DNA from: Pleomorphomonas sp.
GTDB lineage: Bacteria > Pseudomonadota > Alphaproteobacteria > Rhizobiales > Pleomorphomonadaceae
Assembly: GCA_030603685.1 (NCBI GenBank)
Contig: JAUVXG010000002.1
Span: 3,415 to 67,414 of the forward strand
Length of the DNA stretch: 64,000 nt
Reading direction: 5' to 3'
A program made the position numbers and the translations under genes. The notes under the pieces are model-generated. The model saw only the letters and a program-made list of their open reading frames with translations. It had not been told where the DNA came from and did no database searches. Below are positions 24,567-33,448 of this stretch, piece by piece (positions within the stretch are counted from its first letter, which is position 1; the number at the start of each line of letters is the position of its first letter).

Positions 24567-27311
24567 CTATGTTCCATGTCGCTCGTTGAACGACTTGACG
24601 ATTTCGGAAAGGGCCTTTGCCTCATCTTCCGAGTAGGGTTTGGCGCCAAACTCGGTGATGGTGGAGAGCGGTTGCGCATCTCCTACCTGAAGGGAAGCGG
24701 ATCCCACTTCTTTTTGCTGGACGCGGAAAGCACGCAGACTCAGCATCTCGTCCGTGATTTCAACTTCAGGTGGTTGCGCCCGGTTTGGCAACATCCGATC
24801 TAGCCAATCCGCGTAGGCATATAGCTTTTCAAGGCTGGTATCACCAAGCTGAACGATCTGAGCGACAAAGCTGTAAAACCGCTTGTAGCTTCTCAGAAGC
24901 TGCCGGAATTCCTCGTGTCGGCCTTCGTCGTCGTCGGCCTCAAATCGCGCTATGGCGTTGCGTACCAGCGCTTCCAGCGTAACGCGGTCTTCTGTCGCAA
25001 GCAGGCCCTTGAAAAAGACCGAGGCAAAACGCTCAATCTCGCCATTATCGAGATAGCCGAATGTGCGAATGCGTGTCTCCAACTGGTAGATTTGGTTCTT
25101 ATCAGAGACAGCTTCGAGGCTCGATACCTCATAGAAGGGGCGGAACGCCTCTTTGATCTCATCCATCGTATTCTGGAAGTCGAGAATGAAGGTCCGCTCT
25201 TTGCCTGGGTATGTGCGGTTCAGGCGGGAAAGAGTCTGCACCGCTTGAAGTCCCGCCAACTTCTTGTCGATATACATGCCGCAGAGCTTCGGCTGATCGA
25301 ACCCTGTCTGGTATTTTTCCGCTACAATAAGGACTTGATAGTCCGGGCTGTCGAAGCGCCCGGGGAGCTCGGTCTCGCTGAACTCGTTCAGCTCCGCTTC
25401 CGAATAGGAGGTGCCGTCGACATGAAGCTCGCCCGAAAAGGCGATGAGGGCCTTGAGGTCCGGATAGCCTTTGTCCTCGATATACGCCTTCAGGGCGAAA
25501 TAGTAGCGGAGCGCGCTTTCCCGGCTGGATGTGACGATCATTGCTTTCGCCTGACCATTCAACTCCGGCCTGACATGCCGCCTGAAATGCTCGACGATGA
25601 CCTCAACCTTCTGGCTGAGCGCCGTCGGATGTAGGGCGGCAAACCGGGCGACCTTTCGTTGCGCCCGCCGTGTGTCTAGCTGAGGGTCATCCTCAATGGC
25701 TTTTTCCAAGGCATAATAGGCCTTGTAAGTCATGTAGTGTTGCAGGACGTCGAGGATGAAGCCTTCCTCGATGGCCTGTCGCATAGAGTAGAGGTGGAAG
25801 GGATGCGGTAATCCATCCGTGCCAAATGTGCCGAAACGCTCAAGGGTGACGTTGCGAGGCGTCGCAGTGAAAGCGAAGTAACTGATGTTAGGCTGAGGGC
25901 CGCGCTGACGCTGATATTCTGCGATAAGCTCCTCAATCTCATCCGAGGTTCTAGATTCCTCCTCGCGGCTGAGGGCGTCACTCAACGCCTGAGCGCTCTT
26001 GCCCGACTGCGAACCATGTGCTTCGTCGATCAGGACGGCGAAACGCCGTGAGCCTTGGCCGGAAATCACACGAAGGTGTTCCGTGGAGAACTTCTGAATG
26101 GTCGTAATGATGACCTTCGCTTGGCCCTCAATGGCAGCTTTGAGCTGCCGCGATGTGCCGTCGATCTTGCGAACCACGCCGGGAGTCTGCTCGAACTGAG
26201 CGATCGTGCCTTGAAGTTGCCTGTCGAGAATGACGCGATCCGTGACGACAATCGCTGTATCGAAAATCGGCTCGTCGGCAGCGTCATGTAGCGTGACCAG
26301 CCGATGTGCCGTCCATGCAATGGTGTTGGATTTCCCCGATCCCGCCGAATGCTGGATGAGGTAGTTCTTGCCACTGCCGTTAGCGCTCGCATGAGCGAGC
26401 ATTTTCAGAACCGCGTCTATCTGGTGAAAGCGCGGAAAGATTAGCGCCTCCTTGCCGTCGCGCGTGTCTAGGTGGAGAAACCTCCCGATAATGTCGAGGA
26501 GAAGGTCGCGTGAGAAGATTGCACGGCCTTCCGGCTGATCAGCCCACAGATAGGCAACCCGGAAATCCCCTTCGAGGTTGGGATTTTCTGCTCCTCCGTT
26601 GTGCCCCCGATTGAAAGGAAGAAAGGTGGTTTTGCCGTTCTGAAGCCGAGTGGTCATGGAGACATTGTTCTGATCCACAGCAAAGTGAACCAGTGCACCC
26701 CGCTTGAAGGTCAGTAGCGGCTCATTCGCCGGTGCCCGGTCGTAGCGATATTGGCGCTCGGCATGCCGAAAGGTTTGGCCAGTCAACGTATTTTTCAATT
26801 CCAGTGTGGTCACAGGAAATCCGTTGACGAACAGAGCAACGTCAATAGCGTTCTCGTTCTTGGCGCTGTAGCGAAGTTGATTAATAACGCTGAGTATGTT
26901 GGCCTCGAACAGCTTTACCAGTGCCGGATTGACACCTGATGCCGGCCTAAAGGCCACAAGGAAAAATTTCAGGCTCGGAACGAGCTTCAACCCATTGCGC
27001 AGTACGTCCAGTGTGCCGCGCTGCTTCAGTCCCTGCTCAAGCTGCTTGAAGAACTCGGCTTCGGCGGACGGTCCATAGTGACTTTCCAGCTTCGCCCATT
27101 CGTCAGCCTGCGTTGCCTTGACGAACTCAATCACCAGCGCCTTGTCGAGCGCGAATGCCCGGTCATAGTCCGCCGGAGAGCGAGGACGATAGCCCTGCCG
27201 CTCGACCAGCGCCTTGCACAAATGGACTTCCAGTACTTCTTCCCGGTGAACGTTATCTTCGGCTAAGCCTTTGGCGTAAGGGTGGGATGTCGGCGGTTGT
27301 TCGTAGTTCAT
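24567..27311 (-). CDS. hsdR: Type I restriction enzyme R subunit (helicase/endonuclease), terminated by an in-frame TAG
   Basis: Helicase motif I is HSAGSGKSNTIAW and motif II is LIDEAHGSQSG. The ATG at 27311 overlaps the upstream stop as ATGA. Confidence 0.9.
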   Translation of the reverse strand: MNYEQPPTSHPYAKGLAEDNVHREEVLEVHLCKALVERQGYRPRSPADYDRAFALDKALVIEFVKATQADEWAKLESHYGPSAEAEFFKQLEQGLKQRGTLDVLRNGLKLVPSLKFFLVAFRPASGVNPALVKLFEANILSVINQLRYSAKNENAIDVALFVNGFPVTTLELKNTLTGQTFRHAERQYRYDRAPANEPLLTFKRGALVHFAVDQNNVSMTTRLQNGKTTFLPFNRGHNGGAENPNLEGDFRVAYLWADQPEGRAIFSRDLLLDIIGRFLHLDTRDGKEALIFPRFHQIDAVLKMLAHASANGSGKNYLIQHSAGSGKSNTIAWTAHRLVTLHDAADEPIFDTAIVVTDRVILDRQLQGTIAQFEQTPGVVRKIDGTSRQLKAAIEGQAKVIITTIQKFSTEHLRVISGQGSRRFAVLIDEAHGSQSGKSAQALSDALSREEESRTSDEIEELIAEYQRQRGPQPNISYFAFTATPRNVTLERFGTFGTDGLPHPFHLYSMRQAIEEGFILDVLQHYMTYKAYYALEKAIEDDPQLDTRRAQRKVARFAALHPTALSQKVEVIVEHFRRHVRPELNGQAKAMIVTSSRESALRYYFALKAYIEDKGYPDLKALIAFSGELHVDGTSYSEAELNEFSETELPGRFDSPDYQVLIVAEKYQTGFDQPKLCGMYIDKKLAGLQAVQTLSRLNRTYPGKERTFILDFQNTMDEIKEAFRPFYEVSSLEAVSDKNQIYQLETRIRTFGYLDNGEIERFASVFFKGLLATEDRVTLEALVRNAIARFEADDDEGRHEEFRQLLRSYKRFYSFVAQIVQLGDTSLEKLYAYADWLDRMLPNRAQPPEVEITDEMLSLRAFRVQQKEVGSASLQVGDAQPLSTITEFGAKPYSEDEAKALSEIVKSFNERHGT

Positions 27312-28351
27312 TCGCCGCCCCCAGAGACCGGAACCCAAATCTGTTTCAGGGGCAGCTTCACACGGGTCTCGTCGGAAAGGTCATTGTAGGTTCGGAACAG
27401 GGCGCGAAGGAGATCCGGCATCTGCCAGAGACGGAGCTTGAAGAAATTGTTGTCCAACTCCTTCTGGGCAACGCTATTGACCCCGCCGATGCTGACAAGA
27501 AGCCCCGTTCTCGCCTGCGTATTGGAAACAGAACCGATCAGCCGCAACACTACGTCATGGTTGGCTGCGCCATCGCTGGATTTCACCTGAACACAGATGC
27601 GGTCCTCGCCCAGGCCGAGCATGCCGCCAGCAGCGAGGATATCCACGCCACCATCAGGTCCAGGTGGAGAAACCTTAGTTGTATAGCCCTCCACGCGGAG
27701 TATTTCCGCCACGAGGTTCGCCAATGCATGGCCGGCGAACTCGCTCTTGATCAGCGAAATGATCTGCTGGTTCGCAATGTCCTCGATGTCGGTGGCGATT
27801 TCGTCCGCGTCCTCCTCATCATGGATGACGGGGACGGGCTTCGTGCCCTGCTTACCCAGAAGGGCACCGGGGTCTGTTCCCATTTTCAGCACGGATCGAA
27901 CTCGATCCAGCGCATTGTTGCGTGTGATCTCGCAGATGGTCATGAATGCGCCGAAAGAGTGCCGCAGGTCTTGCTTGAAGGAATCGCGCGGGACGGACTC
28001 GTTCAGCCATTTCACGGGCCGAGAATGGCGATAAGGGTCTCCGACATTGAAGGCATAGGGGCCGGTCACTTCGCCAATGGCAACGCCGGTCGTCAGCTTA
28101 CGCGGCATGACGACAAGATCCCCGATGGCAATTGTGTGTGCAAACTGGTTGAGCTGGGCGGAGAAGTTCTTCAGCCGGTTGAGGCCTTCTCCCGGCATGA
28201 CGTCGTGCAAATGCGCCAAGATGGCGTCGCGACCATTCAGGTTCGACAGGTCGCCGACTTCCAGAAAGCCCGGCAGCAGCCTGCCGGACAAGATGGCGGC
28301 AAGCTCGCGCTCACCCTGCTTGCCTGCGCGAACGATCCAAAGGCGCGTCAC
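27308..28351 (-). CDS. Mrr-like restriction endonuclease (PD-(D/E)xK, Mrr_cat) embedded in the Type I operon
   Basis: The C-terminal domain reads GPDGGVDILAAG...ICVQVKSSDG (D...QxK). The GTG at 28351 overlaps the upstream stop as GTGA. Confidence 0.7.
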   Translation of the reverse strand: MTRLWIVRAGKQGERELAAILSGRLLPGFLEVGDLSNLNGRDAILAHLHDVMPGEGLNRLKNFSAQLNQFAHTIAIGDLVVMPRKLTTGVAIGEVTGPYAFNVGDPYRHSRPVKWLNESVPRDSFKQDLRHSFGAFMTICEITRNNALDRVRSVLKMGTDPGALLGKQGTKPVPVIHDEEDADEIATDIEDIANQQIISLIKSEFAGHALANLVAEILRVEGYTTKVSPPGPDGGVDILAAGGMLGLGEDRICVQVKSSDGAANHDVVLRLIGSVSNTQARTGLLVSIGGVNSVAQKELDNNFFKLRLWQMPDLLRALFRTYNDLSDETRVKLPLKQIWVPVSGGGE

Positions 28352-28965
28352 GGCGTCTCCCCTCTCGCCATGCGGATTATCCAATTCTGCTCGACAAGCG
28401 CCGCGTTCAAAGCCGCCATTGCCACTTTCAGGTGCAGGATATCGACATGAATTTCGTCGATGAGAGGCGTGCCGTCCTTGGCTTTTGGCGTACCGTACTC
28501 GCCGTAGCGGAACGCCTCCGATCCACGATCGAGAGCCGCCAGTTCGTCACAGCGCTTGATGACCCAAGGCGGCACCGTTTTGCCAGCTTGCTGCTTGTGA
28601 TGCGCGTAGCTGCGAGCAAGCTTTCCGAGGTCGTGAATGTCTTTCGCCGCACGGACCTCTGGCGGCAGCCCTGCCTTCAAGAGAAGCTCGAAGGAATGCC
28701 GATAGAGAAACAGCGCCGCATTCGCGACTTGATAGTCTGCAACGCGCTTTTCAAGAATGGCCGCAATCAGCTCCTCGGCAGCGGCAAAGTATTGCTCGGC
28801 CAAAGCCCCATCACGCTCGGCCTGGATGAAAGGGCGGGAGAAGCCGCCGATCACGAAACCGAGCGGACCGCTCCATTCGTCGGGTCGCTCATGCTCCCCT
28901 GACAGAGGTTCGAAGAGCGGGCGCGACATTGCCTCTTTGGTGAAAAGGTCAGCTGATATTCGCAT
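28348..28965 (-). CDS. Hypothetical all-alpha protein (possibly HEPN-like), 205 aa
   Basis: The ATG at 28965 overlaps the hsdS stop as ATGA; the longer track ORF starting at 29100 would overlap hsdS by 136 nt. LYRHSFELLLKAGL and SEAFRYGEYG are only weakly HEPN-like. Confidence 0.5.
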   Translation of the reverse strand: MRISADLFTKEAMSRPLFEPLSGEHERPDEWSGPLGFVIGGFSRPFIQAERDGALAEQYFAAAEELIAAILEKRVADYQVANAALFLYRHSFELLLKAGLPPEVRAAKDIHDLGKLARSYAHHKQQAGKTVPPWVIKRCDELAALDRGSEAFRYGEYGTPKAKDGTPLIDEIHVDILHLKVAMAALNAALVEQNWIIRMARGETP

Positions 28966-30869
28966 CAGAGCAGCCTCGGCGTCATAGTCGCCTTGGTTTT
29001 CGGTCCTTGGCCCCTTGGGGTAAGGCTGTGACGCTTCATCCAGCCAAGCCAAGGCGTCAGGTCCGCAGCGCTGAATTTTTCGCCCTTTTCCGTGTGCCAC
29101 TCGTTCAGCACACCTTCTATGATCGTTGCGTCATTTGGTGTTCTACCGTCAAGCAGGGCATCATTCCACACAGCGTAGAGTGTGGCGACGGCCTCTGTGG
29201 CGCGGCGATCGAGATCGCGGAGCATAGTGATGAGGTTACGGAGTGCATCGGCCTTGGGGCCAAGCAAGGCGTCCAATTCCGCCCTGTGCTGCCCAGCTTT
29301 GGACAAGGGCGCGTAGGTGACAGCGGTTCCGGTTCCATCCGGCTGACGGGCGCGGTAAAAGCCAGCCGCTTCCACCCCGCGCTCGGTATCCTCGACCAGC
29401 GCCCGATCGAGCGGCCCCGCCGCCTCGCGTAGATAGTTTCCCCGAAGCCCGTCAATGCCAAGATGGGCCTCCGCGAGGTAGAGTTCTTTTTGCAACTTCA
29501 CCCGACCGAATTTCGGGTTACCTTGATGCCGGTCGATGATCTCTGCCCCTATAAGCACGCGGAACTTGCTTCGGTCGGGCTTGGTCGTGATGGCTGGCAA
29601 CTTCTCGCGAACGTCGATTTGACCGGTGACAGCGTCTGTGATGAGCGCTGCACGGCGCTGACGCAATAACTCAATGCTGGTAGAAACAGACCGGAGAAGC
29701 TTGTCCACTCCGACAATGCGGGCATCGATGGCTGCAGCAATATCGGCCTGCTCCTCAATCGAAGGCAGCCAAACCACCACATCCATGAACTTTGCGTGTT
29801 CAAGACGCCATTGGTCGGTTCGGATCCCGTTCGAGATGGTCAGGAACAGCGAAGGCATCGGCTGAGCACGCAAAAAATGATGCATAAAGCGACTGACCAT
29901 AGGGGCCACTGGTCTGTAAACAAGGTAATCGGGACTTGTGATACCCCGCAATTCAGAGATACCCAGTGAACCTTGCCACGCTTTCATTTTATTAATGACT
30001 AGGTCACCCGGCTCAACGAGCTGGTAGGAGGACAAGTCATCTGGTGTTTTGTTTATGTTGTCGTCGCGAGAGGACTTTAATATTACACCAAAATCTCGAT
30101 AGACCGAGAGAACGTCGAGATCAGACATACCCTGCCGCTTGGTGATGCGAAATAGGTATCGCATTCGATGGGGCTGCCAACCGTTTGGTACGAATGGAAA
30201 CCAGCGATTTCCTGTCTCGACGCGTTCGCGACGCAGGTTCAAGCCAGTGCGAATAAGCTCCTGGATGACTCCCGTGCGCTGTTCATCAAGAACTTTGACC
30301 AGCCGTTCTTTCTTTTCAATTAGTTGGTCGAGGCGGGCGGTTTCGCGGTCAAGATAGGCGGCGATAGCCTTTTGGATGTCCAGATTGGGGACGGGGATAA
30401 TTACGGAGCCGATGCCGTGCAGGGTTAGCCCATATCGCGTAACACCCTGCGCAGTATTACTTAATGCCTCGTGTGTTGGCTTCGCCTTCAGCGCCCAAAA
30501 GAGATAGGAGCTAACGATTTCCGACGGCTTAGGACGCAAGATAGCTAAATGGTATCCGCAAATAACGCCCTCGGCGCTAGGCTCTACGAGAGCTGGGATT
30601 GCGATGTCTTCCGGTGTCTCGCTATCTTTCGTAATGATAACATCGCCGGCGCGAAGCGCGAATTTTCTGATTTCCTGTGGCTTCGCGGAGCCCATATTGA
30701 ATTCTATCTGGTCGGTGATGCGGTCGTTATAGTAGACATCTACGTAGTTGCAGAGGCGAACAGTCTCTTCGCCTTCTTCAATTATTTTGTCCACGTTGCT
30801 GGATTTTATAATCGCCAGCCGACGAACCGGTTTCAGCGGCCATCGTTCGTTTGCATCGAGCGATGTCAT
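28965..30869 (-). CDS. hsdS: Type I R-M specificity subunit fused to a ~200-aa extra C-terminal domain (Panacea/DUF4065-like?)
   Basis: There are two TRD-type halves, and the usual HsdS ending is present (ALITDAVTGQIDVRE at about aa 410-425). The ORF then continues for ~200 aa that contain GRVKLQKELYLAEAHLG...AAGPLD. Confidence 0.8.
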   Translation of the reverse strand: MTSLDANERWPLKPVRRLAIIKSSNVDKIIEEGEETVRLCNYVDVYYNDRITDQIEFNMGSAKPQEIRKFALRAGDVIITKDSETPEDIAIPALVEPSAEGVICGYHLAILRPKPSEIVSSYLFWALKAKPTHEALSNTAQGVTRYGLTLHGIGSVIIPVPNLDIQKAIAAYLDRETARLDQLIEKKERLVKVLDEQRTGVIQELIRTGLNLRRERVETGNRWFPFVPNGWQPHRMRYLFRITKRQGMSDLDVLSVYRDFGVILKSSRDDNINKTPDDLSSYQLVEPGDLVINKMKAWQGSLGISELRGITSPDYLVYRPVAPMVSRFMHHFLRAQPMPSLFLTISNGIRTDQWRLEHAKFMDVVVWLPSIEEQADIAAAIDARIVGVDKLLRSVSTSIELLRQRRAALITDAVTGQIDVREKLPAITTKPDRSKFRVLIGAEIIDRHQGNPKFGRVKLQKELYLAEAHLGIDGLRGNYLREAAGPLDRALVEDTERGVEAAGFYRARQPDGTGTAVTYAPLSKAGQHRAELDALLGPKADALRNLITMLRDLDRRATEAVATLYAVWNDALLDGRTPNDATIIEGVLNEWHTEKGEKFSAADLTPWLGWMKRHSLTPRGQGPKTKATMTPRLL

Positions 30870-32917
30870 CCTGCCACCTCCTTGAGGAGGCCAGCAATGT
30901 CTGCTTCCAACGTCTTTAATTCCGCGTCGATGTCCGTAAGCTTGCGGGGCGGGACATAGCGGTAGAAATAGCGGTTGAAGCTGATTTCATAACCGACACG
31001 GCCGACGCTCTTGTCGGTATCATCCCGATAGGTCTCGTCTACCCAGGCGTCGGGCACGAAGGGCGTCACCTCGCGTGCGATATAAGCTTTCCAGTCTTCT
31101 ACCAGGGGGACGAGTTCGTAATCGCGAAGCTCCGGGTCCGGCTCAGGATTGCCATCGCCGTCGCGACATATGGCGGCGGTCTCGTCCCGCTCTGACAGAG
31201 CTGCGAGAATTGCCTTTTTGACTGGCGCGCCAATTCGGATGCCTGCGCCCTTCAGCGCCTTGGTTAAGGCAGTCTCGAAGGTCTGACGATCCTTGAACAG
31301 CGTATTGGATAGGCGGTTCGTCACGACATTCAGCACGTTATCCTGATCAACGAGATCCAGCTTCAGAAAGGGCTTGGCGAGCATTAGCCGCTCAATGCGC
31401 TCCTTGGTCGCCTGAAAGTTCAGCCTCAGCGGTCGTTCGACTTTGATTTCCCGATACCCAAAATCCACCGTATCGAAAACCTTCGAAACTGCCTCCCACG
31501 GTCCGCCTCCATTCGCCATTTCGTGGAAGATACGAGCGATCGTCTCGCGAGCATCGTCGCGGATTTCCCGGCGCTTGGAGCCAAGATTTTTGCGCATCGG
31601 TTTCCAGAATTGCTCGCCCGAGGCATCGATGAGCTGGACCTTTCCGCGCCGATCCTTGCGCTTGCGGTTGGTCAGCAGCCATACGTAGGTCTGGATGCCG
31701 GTATTGTAAAAAAGGTCGGTGGGGAGCGCGACGATGGCTTCAATCCAGTCGTTCTCCAGCATCCAGCGACGGATTTCGCTTTCGCCGGATCCCGCACCGC
31801 CGGTGAAAAGCGGCGAACCGTTCATGACGATGCCGATCCGTGAGCCGGCTTCGTCGTCCCGCATCTTGGAAATCATGTGCTGGAGGAAGAGAAGCTGTCC
31901 GTCCGAAATGCGGGGCAGGCCAGCGCCGAAGCGTCCGTCCTTGCCTTTCGTCTCGGCTTCTTCCTTGATGGGTTCCTGATACTTTTTCCAATCGACGCCA
32001 TAGGGCGGATTGGACAGCATATAGTGGAACTTCCGGCTCTTGTGGGCGTCGTGCGTCAGCGTGTTGCCGAAAGCGATGTTCTCTGGATCGTGCCCTGTGA
32101 CCAGCATGTCCGATTTGCAAATGCCGAAGGACTCGCCATTAAGTTCCTGGCCAAAGAGTTCGACGCGGATGTCCGGATTGAGGTCGCGCATTCCCTCTTC
32201 GGCAAGAGCCATCATGCCGCCGGTCCCGCATGCCGGATCATATACTTGGCGGATGATGCCCTTGCCAGTGAGCGCCTGCGAATCGTTGACCAAAAGAAGG
32301 TCGACGATCAGGCGGATGACCTCGCGGGGCGTGAAATGCTCGCCTGCCGTTTCGTTGGAAATTTCCGAGAAGCGACGGATCAGATCTTCGAACAGATAGC
32401 CCATGGCTAGGGTCGAAACCTCAGAGGGTCTCAAGTCTAGCGTGGCGAACTGCTCGAACACCTTCCACAGGATCGCTGCTTCATTCAATCGCTTCAGTTG
32501 GTCTGTGAAGAGGAACTTGTCGAGGAAAACGTCTCGGACGGATTCAGAAAAATCGCGAATGTAAGCCACTAGGTTATCGTGCACATGCCCCGGGCTTTGA
32601 GAGCGAATGCGTGAAAAGTTAAGCTGGCTCGTATTGTAAACAAGCAGACTTCTACCATGACTGCCGAACTGCGAACTAGCCGCAGCGTACAACATCATAT
32701 CACGAGTTTGTTCGTCGATACCTTGCGGCAGGGACGCGTAAGCCTTCAGGATCGCTTCTTTGCTCGGCTCAAGGATGCAATCAAGCCGACGGAGCACCAC
32801 GAAGGGTAGGATGACCTTGCCATATTCCGATTGCTTAAAGTCGCCGCGCAGCGTCTCGGCAATCTGCCAGACAAAGTTTGCCAGTGACTTCGCTTGCTGT
32901 AGCGTATTGTCGTCCAT
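30866..32917 (-). CDS. hsdM: Type I R-M N6-adenine DNA methyltransferase subunit
   Basis: HsdM_N-type N-terminus (FVWQIAETLRGDFKQSEYGKVILPFVVLRRLD), motif I DPACGTGGM and motif IV NPPYG. Confidence 0.92.
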   Translation of the reverse strand: MDDNTLQQAKSLANFVWQIAETLRGDFKQSEYGKVILPFVVLRRLDCILEPSKEAILKAYASLPQGIDEQTRDMMLYAAASSQFGSHGRSLLVYNTSQLNFSRIRSQSPGHVHDNLVAYIRDFSESVRDVFLDKFLFTDQLKRLNEAAILWKVFEQFATLDLRPSEVSTLAMGYLFEDLIRRFSEISNETAGEHFTPREVIRLIVDLLLVNDSQALTGKGIIRQVYDPACGTGGMMALAEEGMRDLNPDIRVELFGQELNGESFGICKSDMLVTGHDPENIAFGNTLTHDAHKSRKFHYMLSNPPYGVDWKKYQEPIKEEAETKGKDGRFGAGLPRISDGQLLFLQHMISKMRDDEAGSRIGIVMNGSPLFTGGAGSGESEIRRWMLENDWIEAIVALPTDLFYNTGIQTYVWLLTNRKRKDRRGKVQLIDASGEQFWKPMRKNLGSKRREIRDDARETIARIFHEMANGGGPWEAVSKVFDTVDFGYREIKVERPLRLNFQATKERIERLMLAKPFLKLDLVDQDNVLNVVTNRLSNTLFKDRQTFETALTKALKGAGIRIGAPVKKAILAALSERDETAAICRDGDGNPEPDPELRDYELVPLVEDWKAYIAREVTPFVPDAWVDETYRDDTDKSVGRVGYEISFNRYFYRYVPPRKLTDIDAELKTLEADIAGLLKEVAG

Positions 32918-33006
32918 CCCTGATCCTGTCTACTGACGCCGCGTCCGCGTCACTGAGCAGAACCGAGCTGACGCCGCCAGACGCGAAACGGCAGACACAT
33001 GTATTT

Positions 33007-33025
33007 GTTAACCAATTGGGTTAAC
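33007..33025. promoter_or_regulatory. 19-bp palindrome upstream of hsdM (candidate operator)
   Basis: GTTAACC-AATTG-GGTTAAC, about 90 bp upstream of the hsdM start codon. Confidence 0.3.
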
Positions 33026-33276
33026 GCCCCCCTAATCGCCGACGTCATAACGGCTTACCCCGAGCGCGAGCATATGCGTCGGCGATTGAATTGTCTGCCC
33101 TGAAAATGGACGGATCCGGTTCGGCTTCGAGTTACTATGCTGCCATCACTTCTTGCCAAGCAACCAACCGAGGGAGCCATAACGGGGCGAGGCTTGGTTT
33201 CATTGAGCTCGTGGCGAGCGGATGCAGGTCTACAAGCCCGGCCTTTGGCCGGGTCCAGCACATTCGTGTTGGCCAC

Positions 33277-33341
33277 GCTGGGCTTAACGACGGGGGCGGC
33301 TACGGCGCTACGGAGGGGCGCGCCGCCCCCGTCTACCCAGC
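33277..33341. other. Long GC-rich composite hairpin in the non-coding right arm of the island
   Basis: GCTGGG (33277..33282) pairs with CCCAGC (33336..33341). GACGGGGGCGGC (33289..33300) pairs perfectly with GCCGCCCCCGTC (33322..33333), leaving a 21-nt loop. Confidence 0.5.
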
Positions 33342-33418
33342 TCCTCGCGTTATCGGGTAGGCCTCGATCGACAGAGGCGAAATTGCGCCCCTCGTCTGCG
33401 GGAAGCTGGGCTCCGCGT

Positions 33419-33448
33419 ACCGGTAAGTTTCGGGAGATCTGAACCCAC
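33419..33448 (+). repeat. Right-arm subterminal repeat related to the left-arm repeats
   Basis: ACCGGTAAGTTT (33419..33430) is identical to 3249..3260. GGAGATCTGAACCCAC (33433..33448) resembles GGAGATTTACCGAATCAC (3200..3217). Confidence 0.5.
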
